Positions 1 through 10,128 of a DNA stretch of 64,000 nucleotides are shown here, in pieces. Numbering within the stretch: the first letter of the stretch is position 1; every line of letters begins with the position of its first letter. Under the pieces are notes generated by a model, which saw only the letters and a program-made list of their open reading frames with translations, was not told the origin of the DNA and did not search any database. The position numbers and the translations under genes were made by a program. The DNA comes from a virus, in IMG/VR virus record IMGVR_UViG_3300047462_000172; one strand, given 5' to 3'.

Positions 1-564
1 GAAATTGAACTCGTGGATGAATCACCTCCTGAAAATATTGATAATTATACAGACGAACAAGAAGTAGGAAAAAGTGAACACCCATTAACTGTTTGGAAAA
101 GTGTTAACAAACAAGATCCTCGATTAATAATGTTCTCTTTAAAAAATCCCCAGGGTGCTTACTTATCACATGTTTGTGGTCATTTTGATGATAATTTTTT
201 TGTTGCACAAAAAGCTTGGACAGATCCTTCATATAGAAGAAAGGGATATATTTCAGCATTGTACAAAACACTATATGATAAATTGCTAATCAAAATTGCA
301 AGCGATACACAACAAACACCTGCAATGAGAGCAGTTTGGAATAGTCTACCTCTACCTGTTAAAGTATTTGATAGTCAAACTAAACAAATTTTGGACCGCA
401 AAGAGATCAGCGATGATCAATTGTATGATGGTACTGGCAGATACAGATTAATTTTAGAAAATGGTTGGCAACCTGGAGATATTGGTATCCCAGGTGTCGG
501 TGCAACCGCATTACACGAATATGTAATTTTTACACAACCTGATAGATTGATAAAGGTAATTTAA
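1..564 (+). CDS. GNAT-fold acetyltransferase-like protein, 5'-partial
   Basis: Frame is open from base 1. 'AWTDPSYRRKGYISALY' resembles GNAT motif A (acetyl-CoA binding R/Q-x-x-G-x-A/G). Confidence 0.55.
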   Translation, partial: EIELVDESPPENIDNYTDEQEVGKSEHPLTVWKSVNKQDPRLIMFSLKNPQGAYLSHVCGHFDDNFFVAQKAWTDPSYRRKGYISALYKTLYDKLLIKIASDTQQTPAMRAVWNSLPLPVKVFDSQTKQILDRKEISDDQLYDGTGRYRLILENGWQPGDIGIPGVGATALHEYVIFTQPDRLIKVI

Positions 565-735
565 ATGAACGAGTGGGTACACAAAAATGGTTTTCGTTAT
601 ACAGACGAGAATGCACACTTCTTATCTGATGGTGGAATTATACCAAAAGTATGTCCCTACTGTAAGTGTGAAGTAGAACGTCCAGAAACATCTGAACAGT
701 ATTTGGACGAGCATGAAGAATGTTTTCCTATGTAA
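565..735 (+). CDS. Small Cys/His-rich protein (56 aa, not in ORF track)
   Basis: ATG directly after the upstream TAA. Reads MNEWVHK...CPYCKC...HEECFPM. Confidence 0.45.
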   Translation: MNEWVHKNGFRYTDENAHFLSDGGIIPKVCPYCKCEVERPETSEQYLDEHEECFPM

Positions 736-1212
736 TTAAAGAAATGTATCTGCAAAACCCTTGCACATATCCCTAATTTCACGATCAGACGTTTCAACAA
801 CATCAAACATCTTCTTGGATTCAGGTTGAGTTGGGTCAATATACCCACAATAAACACGACGAATTTTCTTTGCATTTAACAAATCCGTGCAACTCTTGCC
901 TTCTCGATCGTGCATATGCTCACTACATGGGCTTAATGTCGTAATAATCACACTTCTACTTGGTACATCACCGTACTTCTTCTCGTACTTCTCGATTGCT
1001 GCACGTTCTGCATGGACACGATGTCCATCTTTAATTCTGTAATTTAGTGCTCTTACTTGATTGCCTTCAGGATCAAGCAAACAAGCTGCAACCCAACCAA
1101 ATTTTCCATCATCTCTTTGTTGACCCTTTAGTACCATGCTACCTAAACCACGAAGGATGCGATCAAGGTTTGGATGTTCGTGATTTTCGGATAGGATCTC
1201 GTGGACTTTCAT
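736..1212 (-). CDS. Zn-dependent cytidine-deaminase-superfamily protein, stand-alone RibD-deaminase-like domain
   Basis: HAE motif, TTLSPC-x11-C, and 'IRRVYCG..DP', spaced as in the RibD N-terminal domain. Confidence 0.8.
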   Translation of the reverse strand: MKVHEILSENHEHPNLDRILRGLGSMVLKGQQRDDGKFGWVAACLLDPEGNQVRALNYRIKDGHRVHAERAAIEKYEKKYGDVPSRSVIITTLSPCSEHMHDREGKSCTDLLNAKKIRRVYCGYIDPTQPESKKMFDVVETSDREIRDMCKGFADTFL

Positions 1213-1795
1213 GTTGATATTTAGGTATTATTGGATGATGAAAGAATATAGATTTAACTATGGACATCGAGTTTCATATGACCCCAAAGGACCATGCAGA
1301 CATATGCATGGACACGATGGTCTGATTCGAGTTGAGTTTAGCAAAGACTTAAACTACGACAAATCTACTGATCTTGCGATGACGGGTGTCAGTACTTTCA
1401 TTCAACACTACTTGAATGGTAAGTTCCTGTTGGACTTAAGTGATCCATGGTTTAACAACATTACAGGACTTGAGCCTGTGTGGAAACCTTCTAAGGAAGT
1501 TGGCGAAAAACCTATGTTGAGTGGGTTCGTTCCTCGACGAGTACTAAACACAACAAACGAGACCGAGCTTGAAGCGACTCATATTTATCGCTACTCGTTT
1601 ATAGCGTATGGTGTTTACACGAAGCAAATGTCGGGAGTTGAAAAAGACTTCTTCGATAGCTTCACATTTACACCATTTCCACCAGATCCACCAAATCTCG
1701 CTAAGTGGATTTACAAGTTTATAGAACCACTAAACGTGCAGGTATCAAGGGTAGACTGGTATCAATCAGGTCAGAAAGAAGGCTCCTACTTCTAA
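1211..1795 (+). CDS. queD: QueD / 6-pyruvoyl-tetrahydropterin synthase family protein (copy 1; true start probably 1235 or 1238)
   Basis: 'YRFNYGHRV...CRHMHGHDG' C-x3-HGH Zn motif. Also DLSDPW and P-D-PPNLAKWIY, matching the usual PTAEN-type segment. Confidence 0.75.
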   Translation: MLIFRYYWMMKEYRFNYGHRVSYDPKGPCRHMHGHDGLIRVEFSKDLNYDKSTDLAMTGVSTFIQHYLNGKFLLDLSDPWFNNITGLEPVWKPSKEVGEKPMLSGFVPRRVLNTTNETELEATHIYRYSFIAYGVYTKQMSGVEKDFFDSFTFTPFPPDPPNLAKWIYKFIEPLNVQVSRVDWYQSGQKEGSYF

Positions 1796-1825
1796 ACCAA
1801 TAAATAGTCTCATCAGGAGATTATA

Positions 1826-2005
1826 ATGACTCTATTGCAAGAAGTATTTAAAGAGATGAAGAAAATGGAAATGCCCAAGCAGCGCAATTTGGTTGCTATG
1901 GGGCATGGACGTGTTGCTTCAGGCGCTGGTGCACATATGGATAAAGGCGGAAAGAAGGCTCCTCGCAATCGTCAAAAGCAACAATGGAAAAAGGAAACCT
2001 GGTAA
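1826..2005 (+). CDS. Small basic protein (59 aa, not in ORF track)
   Basis: TAAATA at 1801-1806 and GGAG RBS. Reads MTLLQEVFKEMKK...RNLVAMGHGRVASGAGAHMDKGGKKAPRNRQKQQWKKETW. Stop overlaps the next ATG. Confidence 0.6.
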   Translation: MTLLQEVFKEMKKMEMPKQRNLVAMGHGRVASGAGAHMDKGGKKAPRNRQKQQWKKETW

Positions 2006-2304
2006 TGAGTCTTATTAAAGAACTAAACAATTCACTAAAACCAGTTGTTGTAGATCCAGTACTTGAAGCAATGGCTGAAGTAGATGCTACTCATCTTGAA
2101 GATGAACAGATCGAAATGCTTGCTGATTATATGAATGAAATGATTGGTGATGCAAAAAAGCAGGGCAATGCGCTGGATATCGAAAATGCTGCTGGAATGG
2201 CACTCGAAGATGTTGCAGGTTTTGAAACCGCACCAAAGAAAGTTTTACAGTCAACCGTAGCACGCCTCGTGAAGGCTTACGTTGACAAGTTTGGCACTAG
2301 CTGA
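2005..2304 (+). CDS. Hypothetical acidic protein
   Basis: TAATG stop/start overlap at 2003-2007 gives the start MSLIKELNN. Confidence 0.6.
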   Translation: MSLIKELNNSLKPVVVDPVLEAMAEVDATHLEDEQIEMLADYMNEMIGDAKKQGNALDIENAAGMALEDVAGFETAPKKVLQSTVARLVKAYVDKFGTS

Positions 2305-2554
2305 TTTTATGAAAACGGTGCTTCCACTCAATAAAGGAAAGCACTTAAGTCGAATAACGGTCGACGATGTAGCATTCTATTACTCGAAAGGTTGTAGAGT
2401 GATGCCACTCGTTCACGCCTTCTATTTTGACGAATTGACTTCACTTGAAAGTCGTGGTAAAATTTGTCTAGTTCCAACAGCTGTGTTAGAACGCTACCAC
2501 ATGAACTTGAAAAAACGTATACAGGAAAGAGCAAAAAAACATGCCCGAAAGTAG
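2282..2554 (+). CDS. Hypothetical protein
   Basis: ORF track entry, co-directional with its neighbours. Confidence 0.45.
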   Translation: MTSLALADFMKTVLPLNKGKHLSRITVDDVAFYYSKGCRVMPLVHAFYFDELTSLESRGKICLVPTAVLERYHMNLKKRIQERAKKHARK

Positions 2555-2722
2555 TGATTGGTTCTCATATCATCCAGCCCTTGGTCAGAAGTTGACTCCG
2601 CACGAACAATCAATGTTCGATGAACGAATTGCAGAATACGAGAGTATTCTTGCAAAAATTAAGTACCTCGAAAACCAGAAAAATCTCCCAGAAAAAGAAC
2701 ATATTTTGGGCTATAATTAACG

Positions 2723-2752
2723 TTGACAATTGCACCCTTAATATGGGATAAT
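2723..2752 (+). promoter_or_regulatory. sigma70-type promoter for rIIA/rIIB
   Basis: TTGACA-18 bp-GATAAT. Confidence 0.7.
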
Positions 2753-2783
2753 CTCTAAACCATTGGCAACACGGTTAGAGTAA

Positions 2784-5039
2784 ATGAAATTGCATACAAT
2801 TGAACACGAAGTCGAACGAAGCAATGTTTCAACCGAACAAGTATTCACAATTAAAACAACCGCAAAAGCGTTTTCAATTTTAAGCGATGGTCTTTACACG
2901 GATCAAAAACTTGCAGTTATTCGTGAACTTTCTTGTAATGCTTATGATGCACACATCGCAGCAGGAAACGCTGATACACCATTCGAAATTCATTTACCAA
3001 ATAAACTCGAGCCGTGGTTCAGCATTCGAGATTTTGGTACTGGATTGTCAGACCCAGATGTAATGTCTCTTTATACAACGTACTTCGAATCAACCAAAAC
3101 AAACAGTAATGATTACATTGGTGCTCTTGGTCTTGGATCGAAGAGTCCATTTTCATACACAAAAGCATTCGAAGTTGTTTCACGATTTGGTGGAATGCGA
3201 AGAATCTATTCTGTCTTCATTAATGAAGCTGGTCTTCCTACAATTGCTCGTCTTGGTGAATTTCATACCGATGAGCACAATGGTCTTGAGATTAAGATTA
3301 CAGTAGACAATACTGCTGACCAACAAGCATTCTATGAAAAGACTGCAAAGTGTCTTCGTTGGTTTCCTGTTAAACCAAATGTGGTTGGTGCACCATCATT
3401 TACGTTTACACCTATTCCGAAAGAGCGGATCGAAGGTGAAGGCTGGAAGATGTTCGAACCAAACTTTGCAGGCGATTACAGTAAGATGACTGCTGTGCAA
3501 GGTAATGTTGCTTACAAAGTTGACATTACCAAACTTGGATTGTCGTTTAGCGATACAAAAATTCTTGAACATTCGCATTTGGTTGGGTTCTTTGATATTG
3601 GTGAACTTGAAGTTGCTGCAAACCGTGAAGAAATCAGGTACGATGATCGTTCAAAGGCTGCACTAACTGCAAAAATTGCAAGTTGCCGAGTTGGTGTTCT
3701 TAAGTCGATTGAAGATCAGGCTGACGAACTTAAGGATAAGTGTTGGTGGGATGCTATCATTCAATTGAATGCACTTGCAATGAAAGTATTCTCTGATCGC
3801 ACAATTTTTAAGCGATTTGTTGAAGGTACTGAAAATGCTATCCTTAAGAAATACTTGAAGTATTGGGAAGATGGCGCAGTATTGGAGACTACCCAACTGC
3901 GTGGGCACGAGATCTCTATTTTTGAACAAACGACCAACAAAGGTAGTCGCACATTAAAGCGAAAAGAGTTTGGTCGAGGTCTTTCTCCTGAAGCACACAT
4001 CTTTATTTTCTACAATGACCTACCTACGGGTGGTGTTGCTCGTGTTATGGAATGGACTCGAAACACTCGAATCCCTGACTCGAACCATCGTCCTGTTTCT
4101 GTTGTTATTCGTCCAAAGAAAGATTACGAAGACGCGACATTCAATATCGATGATAAAGGTGAGAAGCACATACTCAAAAAACTGTGGACTGAAGAGGACT
4201 ACGTTAAAGAGCTTGCAAAGTTTCGTGAAGAGTTGGGAGATGTTAAATTCTTCCTTGCAAGTAAGGATACACCTGTCCCTGAACGTAAAACTTCTTATTA
4301 CAAACAGGAATTGCCTGTCTTTCAATATGGAACATTGACTGGTAAGTATAAGCAGACAATTGCTTGGACTCGTACACCAGATGTAGACCTTGCTGCTGGT
4401 GGTCTTTACTTTCATCTTCTAAATGGCACGCACATTGCGCTTCCTGATAAAGATGGAGAATTGCAGCCTATTGGTTGGGGTGTATCGATGGTACATTCAA
4501 ACCTCACAACTACAATTGATGAGATTAATGCATACTTGGGTACAAAGTATACAATGAAAAATCTCTACGGATTTGGTTCACAAGCGATCAACAAGATTAA
4601 GAAGAACCAAAACTGGGTTAATATTTTTGATGTCCTTCGTGAAGTTGTAAAGAAGTATGATGAAGCTTCAAAGTTCTTTGACTCGCTTGACATTACTTCT
4701 GACATTATGGGAATCAAGTTCCGTTGCACTAAACCTCAAGACAAGGAGTGGCAAAACAGGGTGCTTGATCTTGATGTTAATTCATCGTTCCGAAAGACAA
4801 TTACTCCTCTAATGGAGGATTACAAGAAGTTTGGCAAGTTCACACTTAGGACGAGGTTTGCTAAACAGATAAACATTGACTTGAAACTTGGATTGTTTGA
4901 TAATAAAGGTCAACCTTATTTCAACGCAACGGACTTTGAAAAATATCCGATGTTAAATTTGATTCATAATCTTACAAATACTTCAGGCAAAGAACTGAAA
5001 ACATTCTTCGACTACATCGCATTAATTGATAGGAGCTAA
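2784..5039 (+). CDS. rIIA: RIIA-like protein (N-terminal GHKL/HSP90-type ATPase domain)
   Basis: 'AFSILSDGLY..AVIRELSCNAYDA', 'DFGTGLS', 'IGALGLGSKSPF'. 751 aa, directly followed by rIIB. Confidence 0.9.
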   Translation: MKLHTIEHEVERSNVSTEQVFTIKTTAKAFSILSDGLYTDQKLAVIRELSCNAYDAHIAAGNADTPFEIHLPNKLEPWFSIRDFGTGLSDPDVMSLYTTYFESTKTNSNDYIGALGLGSKSPFSYTKAFEVVSRFGGMRRIYSVFINEAGLPTIARLGEFHTDEHNGLEIKITVDNTADQQAFYEKTAKCLRWFPVKPNVVGAPSFTFTPIPKERIEGEGWKMFEPNFAGDYSKMTAVQGNVAYKVDITKLGLSFSDTKILEHSHLVGFFDIGELEVAANREEIRYDDRSKAALTAKIASCRVGVLKSIEDQADELKDKCWWDAIIQLNALAMKVFSDRTIFKRFVEGTENAILKKYLKYWEDGAVLETTQLRGHEISIFEQTTNKGSRTLKRKEFGRGLSPEAHIFIFYNDLPTGGVARVMEWTRNTRIPDSNHRPVSVVIRPKKDYEDATFNIDDKGEKHILKKLWTEEDYVKELAKFREELGDVKFFLASKDTPVPERKTSYYKQELPVFQYGTLTGKYKQTIAWTRTPDVDLAAGGLYFHLLNGTHIALPDKDGELQPIGWGVSMVHSNLTTTIDEINAYLGTKYTMKNLYGFGSQAINKIKKNQNWVNIFDVLREVVKKYDEASKFFDSLDITSDIMGIKFRCTKPQDKEWQNRVLDLDVNSSFRKTITPLMEDYKKFGKFTLRTRFAKQINIDLKLGLFDNKGQPYFNATDFEKYPMLNLIHNLTNTSGKELKTFFDYIALIDRS

Positions 5040-5041
5040 AA

Positions 5042-6166
5042 ATGGCATCATATGTACGGACAAGCGATCACCTTGCGATCGTATTCGATAATGGAGAAAA
5101 CCTTACCGTTTATCCAAGCAACCCAAACTACACAAAAATTGTCGCTGCCTTGAAGGCAAAGAACGATGCTGAAGTTCGCAAGCTCGCTACTCCTCCTGTT
5201 AAGGCTGTCGAGAAGGTAATTCAGAAAGCAATCAAGCGTGGTGTTGGTTCTGTCCAACTTCGTGCTGGTATCGTTTACTACAACGATGAGCCAATTCATA
5301 ACTCACTTGCTGATCGAATTGTTATGATAGCAAACGAAGGGTTTGATATCGAACCAATGACAAAGTTCCTTGCAAATTTGCAAGAGAACCCAAGCTTCCG
5401 TGCTGTCAACGAATTGTATGGCTTCTTGGAGAAGGGCAATCTTCCAATCACAGAAGATGGACACTTCTTGGCTTACAAGCGAGTAAAGGACAATTACAAA
5501 GATATCCATTCGGGTACGTTCGACAATTCTGTTGGTGTTGTTGTCAGTATGCCTCGTAATAGAGTCAATGAAGATCCAGAAAAGACTTGCGAACAAGGAT
5601 TGCATTTCTGTTCTCGTAGTTATCTGTCTTCGTTCGGTAATGATAGCGGTCATCGCACGATGATTTTGAAGATCAATCCTCGTGATGTTGTTGCGATCCC
5701 AACAGACTACAACCACGCAAAAGGTCGCTGCTGTCTTTATGAAGTAATTGGCGAGCTTGAACATTCTCGTGAAGCACCACTCGAAGGTTCGTTCCGTCCT
5801 TCTGATAAGTATGTTGCACCAATTGAGGTTGATGAAGAGGAGGAGTATGAAACCGAAGAGGAATTTACTGCAGAACCTCAAAAGGATTTTCCTAAAGAAG
5901 AAACAGATTCTAATGAAAAAATTGTTGCATATCAAACCAATGGTGATACGTACACTGAATTTGATACAATTCAAGAGGCAGCAAAATTTGCATTTATTAC
6001 GCCAAGTGCAATTCGTCGTGTATTAAAAGGCGATCGAAAAACTGCTGGTGGATATCATTGGAAGATTCAAAAAGTTGACGTTGTATCACCTTCTGCGAAT
6101 CTCGATCCTGATTCTTTCACGTACGATGACGAAGAAGACGATTTGGATCCAAACGATTACTATTAA
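5042..6166 (+). CDS. rIIB: RIIB-like protein with a C-terminal NUMOD1-like helix-turn-helix
   Basis: 'NPSFRAVNELYGFL..LPITEDGHFLAYK', 'CEQGLHFCS', 'KINPRDVVAIPTDY..KGRCC.YEV'. The tail 'EFDTIQEAAK..SAIRRVLKG.RKTAGGYHWK' is NUMOD1-like. Confidence 0.9.
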   Translation: MASYVRTSDHLAIVFDNGENLTVYPSNPNYTKIVAALKAKNDAEVRKLATPPVKAVEKVIQKAIKRGVGSVQLRAGIVYYNDEPIHNSLADRIVMIANEGFDIEPMTKFLANLQENPSFRAVNELYGFLEKGNLPITEDGHFLAYKRVKDNYKDIHSGTFDNSVGVVVSMPRNRVNEDPEKTCEQGLHFCSRSYLSSFGNDSGHRTMILKINPRDVVAIPTDYNHAKGRCCLYEVIGELEHSREAPLEGSFRPSDKYVAPIEVDEEEEYETEEEFTAEPQKDFPKEETDSNEKIVAYQTNGDTYTEFDTIQEAAKFAFITPSAIRRVLKGDRKTAGGYHWKIQKVDVVSPSANLDPDSFTYDDEEDDLDPNDYY

Positions 6167-6666
6167 TGTTTAGTCCAATCACATTTTGGTTATCATTTTC
6201 AGGATTGTTTGCAATCATAACTATTTGTGCGGTAATAAATGCAAGTTTGGATAAGCACCTAAAAATTCTTCTTCCGACCTTGAAAGAGAAAGTTCTCCCA
6301 AAAATGCGAGAACTTGGGCACGATAGTCAAGCACGGGATTTATCTAAAGAAAGAATCCCAGTGCTGCAAAATTGGCAAGATGCTGCTATTTGGTACAGCC
6401 TAATAACATTGGTCTTACAATTCCTGCTACTTCTCGCAGGTGGATTCGTAGTTTGGTCCAATAGGTTTCCATATATACTTTTAATGATCATTGTAATGCT
6501 ACTTGGATCGATGGTAATGTTTTTTCCAAGAACACTGATACGAAGGTACAATACAAGAAAAGCGATTGGATTTTATTTCCTGGCTTATGCCGGATTAATG
6601 AAAGAACAACAAGAGAGAGACGATGTCCTCAACGCAAACAATATTGGAGAAGACTCACACATTTGA
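6166..6666 (+). CDS. Membrane protein (about 3 TM segments)
   Basis: Three long hydrophobic stretches. Confidence 0.65.
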   Translation: MFSPITFWLSFSGLFAIITICAVINASLDKHLKILLPTLKEKVLPKMRELGHDSQARDLSKERIPVLQNWQDAAIWYSLITLVLQFLLLLAGGFVVWSNRFPYILLMIIVMLLGSMVMFFPRTLIRRYNTRKAIGFYFLAYAGLMKEQQERDDVLNANNIGEDSHI

Positions 6667-6813
6667 GTTTTCCGAGAGTGAAATTACACAAATTTTAGGA
6701 TCTGCTGTTAAGCAGATGGTTCGAATTGCAGACGAACCACAATCCGAAGCAGACATTGCAACTCTCGGTAAAGTAATCGAAAAATGTTCTCGCATCTCCC
6801 GCAAAAATAAACG

Positions 6814-6842
6814 TTGACCCTAATTTACCCATCCTGTATAAT
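6814..6842 (+). promoter_or_regulatory. sigma70-type promoter
   Basis: TTGACC-17-TATAAT. Confidence 0.8.
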
Positions 6843-6872
6843 TCTCCTATCGTAAACGATTTAGGAGTTTGT

Positions 6873-7148
6873 ATGAATTTTATTACGCAGAGCATTTTAT
6901 TTGCACTTGCTGTTCTCGTTATCTTACTGCTCGTGTATCGTGCATTAATGAAGAGTGTTGAACGAGCTGAACAGGAACGCAAGAGTGAAATTGCACGAGC
7001 TCGAATCGTTCGCAATATGAAACCAAATTGGGATAAGGTCTCAAACTACAAAGACGTTCAAGTGAAACGTAGTCGATACAAGCACGTCGAAAGTGCTCCA
7101 AATTATTTTGATCTGATGGCACAGAAACAGAACAAGGTGAAACAATGA
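6873..7148 (+). CDS. Membrane-anchored hypothetical protein
   Basis: N-terminal TM helix and AGGAG RBS. Confidence 0.65.
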   Translation: MNFITQSILFALAVLVILLLVYRALMKSVERAEQERKSEIARARIVRNMKPNWDKVSNYKDVQVKRSRYKHVESAPNYFDLMAQKQNKVKQ

Positions 7149-7414
7149 CACGTCAAGAGTTTTTGGACAAGGCAAAGGAAGAACTTTACGCATCGATTCA
7201 AGCCATCGAAGATGGAGACCTACCGTTTGCAAGGTCAAGTGCTGCTCGTGCTGCATCGCTGATTACTGATGGGTGGCAAGCAGATCGTCCTGCAAAAACA
7301 GATACTGTTCAGTTGACCAAAGGTGTTAGTGTTGGTCCTATTAAGCTAACCAGCACATCAAAGAATACTGGACGATCGATGCTCGGAAATCTACTTCGTC
7401 CTTCAGATGATTAA
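7145..7414 (+). CDS. Hypothetical protein
   Basis: ATGA overlap with the upstream gene. Confidence 0.6.
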   Translation: MTRQEFLDKAKEELYASIQAIEDGDLPFARSSAARAASLITDGWQADRPAKTDTVQLTKGVSVGPIKLTSTSKNTGRSMLGNLLRPSDD

Positions 7415-7417
7415 TCC

Positions 7418-7446
7418 TTGACCCTTATCCTGATTTAGGGTATAAT
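7418..7446 (+). promoter_or_regulatory. sigma70-type promoter
   Basis: TTGACC-17-TATAAT. Confidence 0.8.
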
Positions 7447-7475
7447 CTCCTATAGGCAAACTATAGGAGAGGTTT

Positions 7476-7784
7476 ATGAGTTCAGTTAAGATTGAAAAGA
7501 CGAGCGATCAAACCGCAACGTTGACGTTTTCGGTTTGTCGTCTTGGTTCCTTCCTTACCGAAGGTCGATCAAACAAGATCAAAATCAACATTACCGATAG
7601 TGATGAGCTTCGGTTAATCTCTGCGAACCTCAATCACCTTAAGAACACAAAGTATCAAGGTCTGCTCACAGTGAATTTTAGTGAGGGGCAAAAATACCAA
7701 CTCGATCAGTCAATTTGGCACGCACTTGCAGCAGCTCTCCTTGCGTTTGCATTGTGTGTTGATTGTGCGAAACTTGGAATCTGA
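7476..7784 (+). CDS. Hypothetical protein
   Basis: AGGAGAGG RBS, downstream of the promoter. Confidence 0.65.
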   Translation: MSSVKIEKTSDQTATLTFSVCRLGSFLTEGRSNKIKINITDSDELRLISANLNHLKNTKYQGLLTVNFSEGQKYQLDQSIWHALAAALLAFALCVDCAKLGI

Positions 7785-7838
7785 TATCATCGCTCCATAA
7801 ATAGGCATACTAACCTGTGTCATATATGGAGCACAATT

Positions 7839-8438
7839 ATGGATTTGTTGAAGCAGATTTCTGAAGATATTAAGTCTTATCGCGCATTTGTTGAAACTCT
7901 CGTCGAAAAGATCGAATCAATCGAAGAAGACCTTTCGCTTGAAAAGCGCTTGGGATTACTTGAAGCAGCATACTACCAAAACGACAATCCAAAGGCAGCA
8001 GGCAAACCAAACGATACGATTGAGTTTGAGCCTCAACAAAATGTTGCAAAACCACAACAAATTCCAGGTCCACCAAAGGGAATGGGTGGCAATAAAATGA
8101 CTGGTCGTATCCAGTTAATGTATAATCCTGCAACTGGTAAGGTTGAAGATGCAAAGCAGGCACAAGGTCCAAACACAGGACCAGCACCTGGTTATGTTGC
8201 AGCAAATGCACAACAACTACAAGATGCATTGAAGCACATCGAGGGAATGGATAAGTCTCTTGCAGATAAAATTGTTGCAGGTAATGTTCAAGTATTCGTT
8301 CCGCAGAATCCACAATCTCAAGCTCCAAAACTAACACGAAATGTACAACAACACGGTGGTATGAACCGCATTGAAATGAGTGATCAGGATTTCAAGAATG
8401 CTCAAGCTGCTGCTGATCAGATGACATATCAGAAATAA
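7839..8438 (+). CDS. Hypothetical late protein (Q/P/G-rich; possible virion or prohead-core component)
   Basis: CATAAATA at 7796-7803, GGAG RBS, coiled-coil-like N-terminus. Confidence 0.6.
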   Translation: MDLLKQISEDIKSYRAFVETLVEKIESIEEDLSLEKRLGLLEAAYYQNDNPKAAGKPNDTIEFEPQQNVAKPQQIPGPPKGMGGNKMTGRIQLMYNPATGKVEDAKQAQGPNTGPAPGYVAANAQQLQDALKHIEGMDKSLADKIVAGNVQVFVPQNPQSQAPKLTRNVQQHGGMNRIEMSDQDFKNAQAAADQMTYQK

Positions 8439-8588
8439 TTCTAAACCCTCTTAATCGTTATCGCGGAGCTCCGTTTTAAGGAGACCGTTTTTCTTCACCC
8501 CATTATTCTGTACCCCATTGTCATTTCAGTTGATAACTGTTCCAACAATCTGTAAACTTGCACGACAGTTCTTATTCTTGGAGCTATT

Positions 8589-8999
8589 ATGGCATACTAT
8601 CAGTACATTTTAATCGCATTTGGACTCTTTGTTGGACTCTACCTGTTGGTGAAGTTCTATCGTTATGATGGAGCTAAAGTAAACAGCCCTTTGGCACCTC
8701 TCCCAGAAAAGACTCCTGAGCCTATTGTTGAAATAAAAGAAGAGACAATTGCTCCAACTCCTATTCGTCCTAAACTCCCTGAGCCTATTACATTGGTTCA
8801 ACGATTGAATTTTCGTTATGAATTTGCTGATGTTAAACTTTGGCAAAAGGATGGTAAGGCAATTTTGCTTTGGAAGAATGCAATTGGTAAGAGGATGCAA
8901 AATTCCTTGAATGTTGGTTCTGACCACAGAATGTTTGTTGATGCGTGCAATATGATTGAAGACTCCTTACACGATTTAAAGAGGATAAAAATCAAGTAA
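8589..8999 (+). CDS. Membrane-anchored hypothetical protein
   Basis: N-terminal TM helix followed by a Pro-rich linker. Confidence 0.65.
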   Translation: MAYYQYILIAFGLFVGLYLLVKFYRYDGAKVNSPLAPLPEKTPEPIVEIKEETIAPTPIRPKLPEPITLVQRLNFRYEFADVKLWQKDGKAILLWKNAIGKRMQNSLNVGSDHRMFVDACNMIEDSLHDLKRIKIK

Positions 9000-9700
9000 T
9001 GTGGGAGCTTTGTCTTTTCTTATGTGGAGGTGGAGCACTTATCAGTACTGGATCCTACTTGACACACGTTGTACGAAATAAGTATACAGAAAGTCCAAAG
9101 ACAAAGTTTAAGAAGCTGACAAAATTACTTGACATTAAAAATAGTCCTAATTGCATTAACTGCTATAATGTGATTACTGAAGACTTAACAGAGATAAGAA
9201 GAAAAAGAAGCCTACCATCTACACTTTGTCAATTCTGCCAAGCGAAACTTGATCAGGATCAAGAACGTGCAAACAAGTATAAACTCGAGAGAGATTTAAA
9301 AGAAGAGACAGAGCGGCTTGCTACTTACTATACAAAGCGTGCTGAAGAAGAATTTAAGATTGCCAATGCTCCGATTACTTCTTCAGGAATGATTACAATC
9401 TCTGTCCCTTACCAATCTACATTTGTAGATCAACTTACAAATAGACTTAATCAAAAATATCCACATGCGCGGGTTAAATTCAAATACGCAAATGGTTGGG
9501 GAGATGAGGTGATGTCTCTTCGTAGCATGTATTCACACGACTATAGTATGAACATGAACTGGTTGAATAATGTTGGTGCTAAAATCTATACAAAGTTAAA
9601 CCTCTATGTTGATAAGTCCTCACAACATCCTGTTCAAATGGAAGAGGAAATTTTTCAACAAGCATGCGAGTTGATTGATAAAAGTGATCATTTACCGTAA
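8999..9700 (+). CDS. Hypothetical protein with CxxC...CxxC
   Basis: CINC and CQFC pairs, N-terminal hydrophobic segment. Confidence 0.55.
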   Translation: MWELCLFLCGGGALISTGSYLTHVVRNKYTESPKTKFKKLTKLLDIKNSPNCINCYNVITEDLTEIRRKRSLPSTLCQFCQAKLDQDQERANKYKLERDLKEETERLATYYTKRAEEEFKIANAPITSSGMITISVPYQSTFVDQLTNRLNQKYPHARVKFKYANGWGDEVMSLRSMYSHDYSMNMNWLNNVGAKIYTKLNLYVDKSSQHPVQMEEEIFQQACELIDKSDHLP

Positions 9701-9701
9701 G

Positions 9702-9730
9702 TTGCCAAATCGCCTTAAATAGAGTATAAT
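9702..9730 (+). promoter_or_regulatory. sigma70-type promoter
   Basis: TTGCCA-17-TATAAT. Confidence 0.75.
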
Positions 9731-10128
9731 TTGGGTGATTCTATTGAGGTGAAAAATGGACGAACTAACGCAGGCATTCTTTGGTGCTAATGTTGTTTTG
9801 GTAGTGGTTGAACTTTACTTGATGATGAAAATTTACTGGATCCCCAAGAGTTTTTAAACATGATTAAAGACCAAATGTTCACCACAAACCCTGCACCTGA
9901 TGCATCAGTACCAAGTGTTCCTAATGGTGTGGTTGGAATCGCAACTGTCTTTTACAGTGGGTTAGGAAATAAGATCGTTAAGGCAGAGCCAAATTTATTT
10001 CACCAGCACTTAAATGCAATTCGTGATCTTTACGAGACAAAAGAGGCTGAGCAGAGTGCTGAGATTGAAAGGTTGCGATTACTCGTTTTGGAGTTGCAAG
10101 GAAAGTTGGATAAGATAAAGGCTACGAT

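Noticed and set aside
736-1212. Calling the deaminase a dCMP deaminase or full RibD
   Set aside because: Cys spacing (PC-x11-C) differs from dCMP deaminase PCxxC, and the RibD reductase domain is absent. Substrate left open.
1826-2005. ArfA-like ribosome rescue factor
   Set aside because: Similar size and basic character only. The ArfA KGKGSY motif is absent.
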